A DNA stretch of 64,000 nt from an uncultured Gemmatimonadales bacterium. Its GTDB lineage: Bacteria > Gemmatimonadota > Gemmatimonadetes > Longimicrobiales > Gaopeijiaceae. Location: assembly GCA_963809895.1 (NCBI GenBank), contig CAWELD010000003.1:1536001-1600000 (forward strand), read 5' to 3'. Position 1 is the stretch's first letter; every line of letters begins with the position of its first letter. Shown here one piece after another: positions 50,672 to 61,619 of this stretch. The position numbers and the translations under genes are program-made. The notes beneath the pieces were generated by a model. That model made no database searches and was not told the origin of the DNA. It worked only from the letters and a program-made list of their open reading frames with translations.

Positions 50672-51117
50672 CGTCTCGCCCTCGTCACTCGCTGCTCGAG
50701 CTCGGTCGCGAACACGACCCGGACGACGCCGGCGGACACGAGCTCCTTCTGCAGCTGATCCATGATGCGATAGGGGACCTCTCGGTCACCGCGGATGGAG
50801 ATCACCAGATGCCGATCGGACGCCGCGTACAGCGGCCCCACGTACTCCGACACCTGATCCATGGCGAACGGACGGTCGTTCATGTAGATGCTGCCGTCAC
50901 GCTCGACCCAGATGTTCAGGATGTTCTTGGCCTTCTCGTCGATCTTCTCGGTGGCCTGAGCCGCCGGCCAGTCGATCTTCCGCTCCTTGTCGGTCCGGAA
51001 GACCGTCGTGACCATGAAGAAGATCAGCAGGAGGAAGGCGATGTCGGCGAGCGAGGAGTCCGGGATCTTGTCCGAGGCCCGGGACTTCCGCTCGAATCCG
51101 CCACTCTTGATGGCCAT
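50668..51117 (-). CDS. exbD: Biopolymer transporter ExbD
   Basis: ADIAFLLLIFFMVTT. Confidence 0.92.
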   Translation of the reverse strand: MAIKSGGFERKSRASDKIPDSSLADIAFLLLIFFMVTTVFRTDKERKIDWPAAQATEKIDEKAKNILNIWVERDGSIYMNDRPFAMDQVSEYVGPLYAASDRHLVISIRGDREVPYRIMDQLQKELVSAGVVRVVFATELEQRVTRARR

Positions 51118-51120
51118 CGA

Positions 51121-51543
51121 TCAGTTCTCCAGAACCTGAAGTGAGATCTTGTCCGCGCCCGCCGTCTGCAGCGCATCCAGAACGTCGATCATGTACCTAT
51201 ACGGCGCGTCGGGGTGGGTCTTTACCGCGGCGATCAGGTTGGGGTTGCCCGCCACGTCCTGCCGCCAGATGCCCTCCACCTCGTCGGGACGCACCGTCTG
51301 GATGTCGGTGGATTCACCCCGCTTCACGTCGACGAGCCCGTTCGGCTGGATGATGATGTGCAGAATGTTCTTCTGGTTCACCTCCACCGTCTCCGACTCC
51401 TCCGGGAGCACGATGGCCAGCCCCTTGTCCTTCGGGAAGACCGTGGTGACCAGGAAGAAGATCAGGAGCAGGAAGGCGATGTCGGCCATCGACGACGACG
51501 GGATCTCGTCGCTGACCTTCGACTTCTTGTTGAGCATTGCCAT
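51121..51543 (-). CDS. exbD: Biopolymer transporter ExbD
   Basis: MADIAFLLLIFFLVTT. Confidence 0.92.
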   Translation of the reverse strand: MAMLNKKSKVSDEIPSSSMADIAFLLLIFFLVTTVFPKDKGLAIVLPEESETVEVNQKNILHIIIQPNGLVDVKRGESTDIQTVRPDEVEGIWRQDVAGNPNLIAAVKTHPDAPYRYMIDVLDALQTAGADKISLQVLEN

Positions 51544-51603
51544 AGCCGGGACCTCGTCAGGCGTGCATGCAGAGTACAGTGATTCCGGGTCTGGAGTTCC
51601 CGG

Positions 51604-52368
51604 TCAGGCTTGGGGTTCGTCGAGGGGCGGAGCCGGGGGCGACGCTGGCCGGGCGGCCTCACGGGCCCCTGCCGACGGCGGCGCCGACGGCGCCCGGATC
51701 AGGACCTCCTCCACGACCTCCAGGCGTCCGTCCTTCTCCATGTCCCACGCCAGATTCAGGATCCGCTGCGAGCCCTGTTCCATGTCCAGGATGAGCTCGT
51801 CGATCCGCGTCACGAAGAAGTTGTAGCCGATGTTGACCGGCACGGCGATGATGAGGCCGGTCGCCGTGGTCAGCAGCGCCACCTTGATGCCGCCCGCCAC
51901 CAGCCCGGGCTCGACCTCGCCGGCCCGCTCGATGGCTCCGAACGCCAGGATCATGCCGGCGACCGTGCCCAGGAAGCCCATGAGCGGCGCCACGTTGGCG
52001 ATGGTCGCCAGGATCACCAGCCCTCGCTCCAGGAAGCCCAGCTCGATGGCTCCCGTGGTGGAGATGGCCTGGTTGATCTCGCCGGTCCGCACCGTGCCCT
52101 GACGGATGCGCCGGAACCCGGCCAGAAGGATGGCCGCCGTGGGCCCGGGCGTCTCGGCCGCGATGGCCATGGCACCGTCCAGATCCCCGGCGCGCGCGGC
52201 TTCTTCCGCGCGGGCCAGCACGGACCGGGTTCCCCGGTGCGCCGCCCACAGCGTCCAGGCCTTGGCGATGATCACACCCAGCGCGATGAGCGAGCAGAGG
52301 ACGAGGGGATACATCATCCACCCGCCGTCGGCGAAGAGGGTCAGAAGCTGATATTGGGCGCCGTCCAA
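51604..52368 (-). CDS. exbB: MotA/TolQ/ExbB proton channel
   Basis: GGWMM, APLMGFLGTVAGM, ALLTTATGL; TTG start with AAGGAG RBS. Confidence 0.92.
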   Translation of the reverse strand: MDGAQYQLLTLFADGGWMMYPLVLCSLIALGVIIAKAWTLWAAHRGTRSVLARAEEAARAGDLDGAMAIAAETPGPTAAILLAGFRRIRQGTVRTGEINQAISTTGAIELGFLERGLVILATIANVAPLMGFLGTVAGMILAFGAIERAGEVEPGLVAGGIKVALLTTATGLIIAVPVNIGYNFFVTRIDELILDMEQGSQRILNLAWDMEKDGRLEVVEEVLIRAPSAPPSAGAREAARPASPPAPPLDEPQA

Positions 52369-52595
52369 GCCGCACTCCTTGTGAAGGCCGTATACCAAAC
52401 GGCATGTGATCCTCGGAGAACCGCGCCAATGTACGGGGGCCCTCCTGGGGTGTCAACGCGATCCTCCAGTTGCCGATACGTCGGCACCGGCCCGGGCATT
52501 TCCGCCCCTCGTCCGCGGCGTTCGCGATTCTCCGGAAGCAGGCGCGGCACATGCGCTCCAGGCGTCTTCGACAGTCGTCGGATTCCCGCTGCCGC

Positions 52596-53387
52596 TCAGG
52601 TGCCGGTGGCGAGCGTCGGCCGGGCAGGCTTCACGCCGGTGAGGATCTCCCGGAGCCGGTCGCCGGTGACGTCCCGCTCCAGCCTGCCGCCTCGGGCCAC
52701 CGAGACGCGGGACGTCTCCTCCGAGACCACGATCACCACCGCGTCGGTCTCTTCCGACAGCCCCAGCGCCGCCCGGTGCCGGGTGCCCAGCGACTTGTCC
52801 GGCACGGTGTACTGCGTGAGCGGCAGGATGGCCCCCGCCGCCCGGATCTGGTCGCCCACCACCAGCACCGCGCCGTCGTGGAGGGGAGAGTGGGGCGTGA
52901 AGATGGTCGTGAGCATCTCGGCCGAAACCCGGGCCTCGATGGTGCTCCCGGTCTGGGCGTATTCGTCCAGGCCCACCTCGTTCTCGATGGCGATGATGGC
53001 CCCCACCTTGCTGCGGGAGAGCCGTAGAACGGCTTCGACGATTTCGTCGGCCACCTCGCTCTCTTCCAGTCGGGTGAAGACCCGGAGCATGCGGCTCTGC
53101 CCGAGCCGGGCCAGCGCCGAGCGCAGCTCGGGTTGGAAGATCACCAGCGCCGCGATGGCGCCGTACTGGAAGAGGGTCTGGAGGATCCGCTCGATGAGCT
53201 GGAAGTCCAGGACCTGAGCCAGGAAGTAGACGAACGCCAGCAGGAGCACGCCGAGCAGCATCTGCATGGCTCGTGTGCGGTGGATGATCAGGAGGATCCG
53301 GTACAGAAGCACGGTGACCAGGAGGATCTCCACCAGATCCCCCCACCCGGGCCGGAAGAGCCGGAGCGTGTCCCAGATCCGCGTCAC
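52596..53387 (-). CDS. cdaA: Diadenylate cyclase CdaA
   Basis: Three TM helices, IFQPELR, LHDGA, GTRHRAA. Confidence 0.95.
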   Translation of the reverse strand: MTRIWDTLRLFRPGWGDLVEILLVTVLLYRILLIIHRTRAMQMLLGVLLLAFVYFLAQVLDFQLIERILQTLFQYGAIAALVIFQPELRSALARLGQSRMLRVFTRLEESEVADEIVEAVLRLSRSKVGAIIAIENEVGLDEYAQTGSTIEARVSAEMLTTIFTPHSPLHDGAVLVVGDQIRAAGAILPLTQYTVPDKSLGTRHRAALGLSEETDAVVIVVSEETSRVSVARGGRLERDVTGDRLREILTGVKPARPTLATGT

Positions 53388-54264
53388 CGCGCCTCTCCAC
53401 CGGCGTCCGCGGCGCCGAGAAGGGCCTCGGCCACCGCCAGGGCCTGGCTCACCGGCGCCACGTCGTGGACCCGGAAGATGCGTGCCCCCCGCTCCAGGGC
53501 CAGCACGCAGGCGGCCACGGTGCCCGCCACCCGCTCGTCGGAGGGCGCGCGCGCCACCCGGCCGATGAAGCTCTTGCGGCTGGGCCCCACCAGCAGCGGC
53601 AAGCCCAGGTCGGTGAGCTCGTCCAGGCGGCCGAGGAGCGTCAGGCTGTGGCGCGCCGTCTTGGCGAAGCCGATGCCCGGATCCAGCACGATCCGGTCGC
53701 GCTCGATCCCGGCCCTCTCGGCCCGGGCCACGGCCTCGCCCAGCTCCGTCCGCACCTCGCCCACCACGTCGTCGTACTCGGCCCGGTGAACCATGTCCTC
53801 CGGCGTGCCTCGCATGTGCATGAGCACGAGGCCGGCCTCTGCGCCGGCCACCACCGATGCCAGCGCCGGATCGAACGCCAGTCCGGACACGTCGTTCACG
53901 ATGGCCGCGCCGGCTGCCAGGGCCTCGGCGGCGACGGCCGCCTTGCGCGTGTCGATGGAGAGGGGCACGTCGAACCGCTGCGCAGCTTCACGGACGAAGG
54001 GCAGCACCCGGCGGAGCTCTTCGGCGGCAGGAACCGATTCGGCGCCGGGACGCGTGGACTCCCCGCCCACGTCCAGAATCCCCGCACCGGCTTCCACGAG
54101 GCGCTCCGCGTGGGCCAACGCCTCGTCGAGGCTGTCCAGGCGGCCACCGTCGGAGAAGGAGTCCGGGGTGAGGTTGACGATCCCCATCACCACCGGAGAC
54201 TGGAGGGCGACGCGCCGTCCCCTCGCCAGGCGCCAGACGCCGGGTTGGAGGGCGGCCGCCTGCT

Positions 54265-54268
<4 letters not shown>
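53384..54268 (-). CDS. folP: Dihydropteroate synthase
   Basis: MGIVNLTPDSFSDGG, GGESTRPG, DPGIGF, SRK, RVHDV. Confidence 0.96.
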
Positions 54269-56292
<2,024 letters not shown>

Positions 56293-56325
56293 GCTCTCGT
56301 GGGTTTCGAGCTTCGGGCGCCGGCC

Positions 56326-56880
56326 TCAGATCGAGGCGATGTAGGGCAGGTGCCGGAAGTTCTCGCTGTAGTCCAACCCGTAACCCACCAGGAAATCCGA
56401 CGGGGCGTCGAAACCCACCCAGCGCGGCTCCTTGTCGAGGGTCACGAGTCGCTTGTGCAGCAGGGCGCACACCTCGAGGCTCCTGGGCTCCCGCTCCTCG
56501 AGGAGGGGAATGAGCCGGGCGAGGGTGGTCCCGCTGTCGATGATGTCCTCTACGATAACGACTGCGCGATCCTCGAGGGACGCCTCGGAGTCGTAGAGCA
56601 GACGAACGTTGCCGCTGGTGACCGTGCCCGAGCCGTAGCTGGAGGCCACCAGGAAATCCACGTGGAGCGGGAGGGTGATTCTCCGAACCAGGTCCGCCAG
56701 GAAGATGAACGAGCCCTTGAGGAGCCCCAGCACCAGCAGGTCGTCGTCGGCACCGTAGGCGCGGGAGATCTCCGCCGCCATGGCGTCCACGCGCGCGGCG
56801 ATCTGTGCCTCGCTGTAGACGATCTCGCGAATCGCCTGTCCCCCGAGCTGACCCGGGATGGTGTCACGCGCTGTGGGCAT
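56326..56880 (-). CDS. hpt: Hypoxanthine phosphoribosyltransferase
   Basis: LKGSFIFLADL, VEDIIDSGTT, VGYGLDY. Confidence 0.96.
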   Translation of the reverse strand: MPTARDTIPGQLGGQAIREIVYSEAQIAARVDAMAAEISRAYGADDDLLVLGLLKGSFIFLADLVRRITLPLHVDFLVASSYGSGTVTSGNVRLLYDSEASLEDRAVVIVEDIIDSGTTLARLIPLLEEREPRSLEVCALLHKRLVTLDKEPRWVGFDAPSDFLVGYGLDYSENFRHLPYIASI

Positions 56881-58252
56881 CCTCGACCCCGATGTAGAAC
56901 TCGCGTTGGCCGGGCGTGGGGACGGCATCGACGCTCCTCGCGACGCCGGGCACCCAGAGGACCCGATCTTCGTCATCCGTGAGCACCGCCGTGCTGCGGC
57001 GCTCCCTGCGAGGCACCCGGGCCTCGCCCAGGAGCTTCGCGACCTTCTTCGTGCCATACGCGAGTCGCATCCGGTCACCGGGCCGGGGGGCCCGGATCCG
57101 AAGCGGGAAGCACATGGCGCCGGGAGCGAAGCCCGCCGCTCCGGCAGGAAGCCTCTCCGGCTCGAACCCCCACCGCACCCGGTACGTTCTACCCCCGAGG
57201 CACGCTTCCCCTTCACCCGGGTCCGGATCCCGGAGGACAAGCGGCTGGTCGGAAGCCACCGGATTCCCGTCCGGCACCCGCCGCTGCAACACCAGGGCAT
57301 CGAAGTCCCGCCGGAGGTGCAGAGCGCCGGAAAGCCGGATCTCGCGGCCGCTGCCGCCTCGGCTTGTAAACTCCATGGCCACCCGGGTTCCGGCCTCGGA
57401 GAGATCCACGCCGAGGTCGCGCGCGCACGCCCTGAGAAGCCTCCGACGAACCGCGGGATGATAGGCCAGAAAGGCAGGTCGGGCAAGGACGATCCCACCG
57501 CCCGAGCGCTCGTGAACGACCCCCTCGAGAAGCTCCGACTCCGCCTCGCTCCACGCCGCTTCGGCCCGGGCGGCATTGCGCGCCAGACGGAGCAGGGCCC
57601 GCCGCGCCCCCGGGGCCACGGCCTGCTCGGCCCTCGGCAGGATCTCGTGACGGAGGACGTTGCGGGCGAAGGCCGGGTCCCGGTTCGTGGGGTCCAGGCG
57701 GTGCCCGAGGCGCGCAAGACGGGCGTAGCCCTCCAACTCGGCTCTCCAGAACGGCAGCAGGGGGCGCACCCTGAGCCCGGACCGAGGCGCCATGCCCCGC
57801 AGGCCGCGCAGCCCGGTCCCGCGCAGCACCCGGAACAGGACGGTCTCGGCCTGATCGTCGGCCTGGTGGGCCGTCAGAATCGCAGTGGCGCCCCGGGCCG
57901 CCGCGACCCGCTCCAGGAAGGCGTAGCGCAGGTCCCGTGCTTCTTCCTCGCTGGCCGGCGGGCTGTCGGCCCGTGCCACTTCCACCCCGAGCCCCCAGGC
58001 ACGCGCGAGCCCTCGCACCCAGCGGGCATCCCCCGGACTTCCGGGGCGGAGGCCGTGGTCGAAGTGGGCCACCAGGAGCCGCTCGGCCGGGATGGAGCTG
58101 GCGAAGCGGAGCAGATGCAGGAGGACCACGGAATCCAATCCCCCGGACACCGCCACCAGGCGCGGCTCTTCGCCCTCGACGAGCCCCAACGAGGCGGCGT
58201 GGCGCGCGAATCGCCTGGCCAGGGTGCCCGCTTCGGAGGTCGGGGGATTCAC
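56864..58252 (-). CDS. tilS: tRNA(Ile)-lysidine synthetase
   Basis: AVSGGLDS, AHQADDQAET, RPLL, RNVLRH. Confidence 0.95.
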   Translation of the reverse strand: MNPPTSEAGTLARRFARHAASLGLVEGEEPRLVAVSGGLDSVVLLHLLRFASSIPAERLLVAHFDHGLRPGSPGDARWVRGLARAWGLGVEVARADSPPASEEEARDLRYAFLERVAAARGATAILTAHQADDQAETVLFRVLRGTGLRGLRGMAPRSGLRVRPLLPFWRAELEGYARLARLGHRLDPTNRDPAFARNVLRHEILPRAEQAVAPGARRALLRLARNAARAEAAWSEAESELLEGVVHERSGGGIVLARPAFLAYHPAVRRRLLRACARDLGVDLSEAGTRVAMEFTSRGGSGREIRLSGALHLRRDFDALVLQRRVPDGNPVASDQPLVLRDPDPGEGEACLGGRTYRVRWGFEPERLPAGAAGFAPGAMCFPLRIRAPRPGDRMRLAYGTKKVAKLLGEARVPRRERRSTAVLTDDEDRVLWVPGVARSVDAVPTPGQREFYIGVEDAHSA

Positions 58253-59094
58253 GACGCGGCTCCCGCGAGGCCCGGGGGCAGCGGCCGTCCCGCCTCCTCG
58301 TGGAGGACGCGGGCGAGGATGTCGGGACGGTCGCTCTGGACGGAGTCGACGCCGAGCGCCAGCAGGCGGCGCATCTCGTCCGGATCGTCCACCACCCACA
58401 CGTGCACGGGGATGTTGCGCCGGTGGGCCTCGCGGATCAGGCGGGGCGTCACCACCTCCCTGCCCCGCCAGCGCACGGGAATCTGGAAGACGTCGACGCC
58501 GGGCGTGTAGAGGAAGGCGAGGGGCGTGCGATGGAGCACGGCGAAGGGGCGGAGCTGACTCCGCGAGGCACCCCAGGGCCCGGGGTAACCGCGCACGTCA
58601 CGACGATTGGCCTCGTGCTCGGCGGCCACCAGGACCCGATGCGCCGCTCCGTGCTCGAGCACCAGCTCCACCAGCGGGCGCGCCACCTCCGGGCACTTGG
58701 CTTCCACGTTCAGGCGCGCGGCGGGAAGCGCCTCGAGGACCTCACGGAAGGTGGGAATGCGGACGCCGGACGCCGCGAAGGTGGCATCTCCGTGCGGGTT
58801 CTCGAAGCGGGCCCCGGCATCCAGGGTGCGGAGCTCGGCCAGCGTGAGCTCCGCCACGGAACCGGTGCCGTCGGTGGTGCGATCCACGGTGGCGTCGTGA
58901 AGCACCACCACCTGTCCGTCGGCCGTGAGGCGGACGTCCATCTCGAGGATGTCGGCGCCCCAGACCTCCACGGCCTGCCGGAAGGCCTCCAGGGTGTTCT
59001 CCGGCGCCAGGCGCGCCCCACCGCGGTGGGCGGTCAGGAGTGGCGCACCCGCCAGATAGGGGTGGCCGGGGCGGCAGCGAAGGAGGCGCCGCAA
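58249..59094 (-). CDS. Glycerophosphodiester phosphodiesterase
   Basis: AHRGG..PENT, EMDV, LHD, VWVVD, SDRP. Confidence 0.9.
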   Translation of the reverse strand: MRRLLRCRPGHPYLAGAPLLTAHRGGARLAPENTLEAFRQAVEVWGADILEMDVRLTADGQVVVLHDATVDRTTDGTGSVAELTLAELRTLDAGARFENPHGDATFAASGVRIPTFREVLEALPAARLNVEAKCPEVARPLVELVLEHGAAHRVLVAAEHEANRRDVRGYPGPWGASRSQLRPFAVLHRTPLAFLYTPGVDVFQIPVRWRGREVVTPRLIREAHRRNIPVHVWVVDDPDEMRRLLALGVDSVQSDRPDILARVLHEEAGRPLPPGLAGAAS

Positions 59095-59098
59095 GGGC

Positions 59099-59608
59099 TC
59101 ACGCCGTGCGGACGGCCTCCACGCGCTCCACCTCGTCTTCCGCCAGGCCGTGGTAGCGGTAGAGGATCAGGTCCATGAGACGATCGGTCATGACCAGCTC
59201 GCCCTGGAGTCTCTCTCGACTGTCCGGCTCGGGTCCCGCCAGCTCCTCCTCGAGCTCCAGGATCCGTCCACCCAGGAAGGCGAGGATGTCCTCCACCACC
59301 TGGGGCCTCGGCTCCGCCGGCGCCAGCGCGTCGGGGTTGGCCTCGGTCAGCAGAAGCCCGCGTACGAAGGCCAGCAACCCCGGAAAGGTGAGCTCCGAGA
59401 GCGGGGGGCCGTCGGTGGCCTCCTCGTCGGTGAGGTGCTCCCACTCCAGCTCGTTCCAGTAGAGGTCCAGCGCCTCTTCCTGCAGGTGGCGGCGCGCTTC
59501 GTCGGTCAGGGGCGAGTCGTCGCGGCGCGGCTCGGACAGGGGGCGTCCCAGCAGACGGGCCAGGCGCTCCCGGCGGCCGCGGACCAGCGTGGCAACACGA
59601 TCTCTCAT
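59099..59608 (-). CDS. Hypothetical helical protein
   Basis: Coding-like composition, operon context; LYWNELEWE motif; no family recognised. Confidence 0.7.
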   Translation of the reverse strand: MRDRVATLVRGRRERLARLLGRPLSEPRRDDSPLTDEARRHLQEEALDLYWNELEWEHLTDEEATDGPPLSELTFPGLLAFVRGLLLTEANPDALAPAEPRPQVVEDILAFLGGRILELEEELAGPEPDSRERLQGELVMTDRLMDLILYRYHGLAEDEVERVEAVRTA

Positions 59609-59751
59609 GGTGATTCCGTGACGGAGGGTGCTTCGGGGGACTGAGAAGATGGGCCCGCTGCCCACCTCGGGAAAGGTGGGGGTCATGGCGGCACGGAGGA
59701 CCCCGTCCCATCTTCGGCGCGCACCTGTCCGATCGTCATCCGGAGCACACC

Positions 59752-61035
59752 ATGTCCGTACGAGCACCGTTCCGCTTCGCCCTTCTCGCGACGCTCCTGT
59801 CTCCGGTGGCCCGGGTGGCGGCCCAGACCCCGACCCTCCTGGTGCCCGACCGCGTGTTCGACGGTGAGACCATGCACGCGGGCTGGGTGGTGCTCGTCGA
59901 GGGAGATCGCATCGCCGCCGCCGGCCCCCGCGCCGGGATGGACCTGCCGGGCGACACCCGCGAGCTCGCGCTGGACGGCGCCACGTTGCTGCCGGGCATG
60001 ATCGAGGGCCACAGCCACATTCTGCTGCACCCCTACGACGAGACCGCGTGGACCGACCAGGTGCTGCGTGAGGGCTGGGGAGAGCGGGCGGCGCGCGCCG
60101 TGGTGCACCTGCGCAAGACGCTCGAGGCCGGGTTCACCACCGAGCGAGATCTGGGCACCGAGGGCGCGGGCTATCTGGACATCGGGCTCCGCGACGCGGT
60201 GCGGAAGGGCGTGGTGCCGGGCCCGCGGCTGCTGGTGTCGGGGCCCGCCATCGTGGCCACCGGGAGCTACCAGCCCAAGGGCGCCCCCGAGGTGCGGCTA
60301 CCGAAGGGGGCGGAAGAGGCCGACGGCGTGGACGGTCTCATCCGGGTGGCCCGGGACCAGATGGGACACGGCGTCGACTGGGTGAAGGTGTACGCGGATT
60401 ACCGTTGGGGCGCGGGAGGCTCGGCGGCCCCCACGTTCACGGAAGAAGAGCTCGCCCGGCTCGTGGAGGTGGTGGAGTCCAGCGGGCGGCGCGTGGCGGC
60501 CCACGCCGCCACCGCCGAGGGCATGCGCCGGGCGGCGCTGGCCGGGGTGCACACCATCGAGCACGGCGACGAAGGCACCCCCGAGGTCTTCCGCCTCATG
60601 GCGGAGCGTGGCGTGGCGTTCTGCCCGACGGTGGCCGCGGGATGGTCCACGGCGACCTACGCCGGCTGGCGCCCCGGGGTGGACCCGGAGCCGGCGCGGC
60701 TCCAGCGCAAGCGGGAGAGCGTGCGCGCAGCCCTCGAAGCGGGCGTGAAGCTGTGCATGGGTGGCGACGTGGGCGTCTACACCCACGGCGACAACGTGCG
60801 CGAGCTGGAGCGCATGGTCGACTACGGCGTGCCGGCGCAGGCCGCGCTGGTGGCCGCCACCAGCGGCAACGCCGACATCTTCGAGCTCCCGGACCGTGGG
60901 CGCGTGCACGCCGGGCTGCTTGCCGATCTGGTCGCCGTCGACGGCAATCCGCTGGACGACATCTCGTCGCTGCGGCAGGTGCGCCTGGTGATGAAGGGCG
61001 GAGAGGTGGTGGTGGGCGGCGGGTCGGGTCGCTGA
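59752..61035 (+). CDS. Metal-dependent amidohydrolase (prolidase-like)
   Basis: PGMIEGHSH, GFTTERDLG, AAHA, IEHG, GGDVG. Confidence 0.9.
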   Translation: MSVRAPFRFALLATLLSPVARVAAQTPTLLVPDRVFDGETMHAGWVVLVEGDRIAAAGPRAGMDLPGDTRELALDGATLLPGMIEGHSHILLHPYDETAWTDQVLREGWGERAARAVVHLRKTLEAGFTTERDLGTEGAGYLDIGLRDAVRKGVVPGPRLLVSGPAIVATGSYQPKGAPEVRLPKGAEEADGVDGLIRVARDQMGHGVDWVKVYADYRWGAGGSAAPTFTEEELARLVEVVESSGRRVAAHAATAEGMRRAALAGVHTIEHGDEGTPEVFRLMAERGVAFCPTVAAGWSTATYAGWRPGVDPEPARLQRKRESVRAALEAGVKLCMGGDVGVYTHGDNVRELERMVDYGVPAQAALVAATSGNADIFELPDRGRVHAGLLADLVAVDGNPLDDISSLRQVRLVMKGGEVVVGGGSGR

Positions 61036-61127
61036 CCGTCCGGGCCGACGGGGGGCTCTTCGCCGGAGCCCGGGCCTGGACGCGTAACGCGGCGCAGGGG
61101 CGGGACTGGCGCCCCCGGGCGCTCCTG

Positions 61128-61619
61128 ATGCCCGTCCTGGCGTGGTTCCTGGTCCGACACCTGGCCGATCCGGGCTACGCGGGCATCTACGACGGGCTCA
61201 ACCTGGCGCTCCACGAAGGCGGTCACCTGCTGTTCGGCTGGTCCGGCAGCGAACTGCTCACGGCCGCCGGCGGAACGTTGCTCGAGGTGGCCTGCCCGCT
61301 GCTGGCCGCGGTGGCCTTCGTGCGCCAGCGCGACCCGTTCGCCGTCACCGTCGCGGGCTTCTGGTGGGGGACGACGCTCCTGGACGTGGCGCCCTACATG
61401 GCCGACGCCCGGGCCCGGGCCCTTCCGCTGGTCACGGTGGGCGACGGCCCGGCCACCCACGACTGGGCCTACCTCCTGGGCCGCTTCGGCCTGCTGGAGC
61501 AGGACTGGCTGCTGGCGGGCCTGACCCGGGACCTGGGCCTCCTGGTGTTGATCCTCTCGCTCAGCGCCGGGGCCTGGGTCCTGGTCGTGATGGCCCGAGG
61601 AAGTTCTTCGACACCGTGA
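61128..61619 (+). CDS. Membrane protein with HExxH motif (M50-like; start uncertain)
   Basis: LHEGGHLLFG, GGT, Y.ADA, HDW. Confidence 0.7.
   Translation: MPVLAWFLVRHLADPGYAGIYDGLNLALHEGGHLLFGWSGSELLTAAGGTLLEVACPLLAAVAFVRQRDPFAVTVAGFWWGTTLLDVAPYMADARARALPLVTVGDGPATHDWAYLLGRFGLLEQDWLLAGLTRDLGLLVLILSLSAGAWVLVVMARGSSSTP

Noticed and set aside
52368..52410. Frameshifted exbB N-terminus
   Set aside because: A TTG start at 52368 with an AAGGAG RBS gives an intact gene.
56326..57717. Apparent N-terminally extended Hpt (463 aa) or TilS-Hpt fusion
   Set aside because: The extension is an alternative frame over tilS; hpt has its own ATG at 56880.
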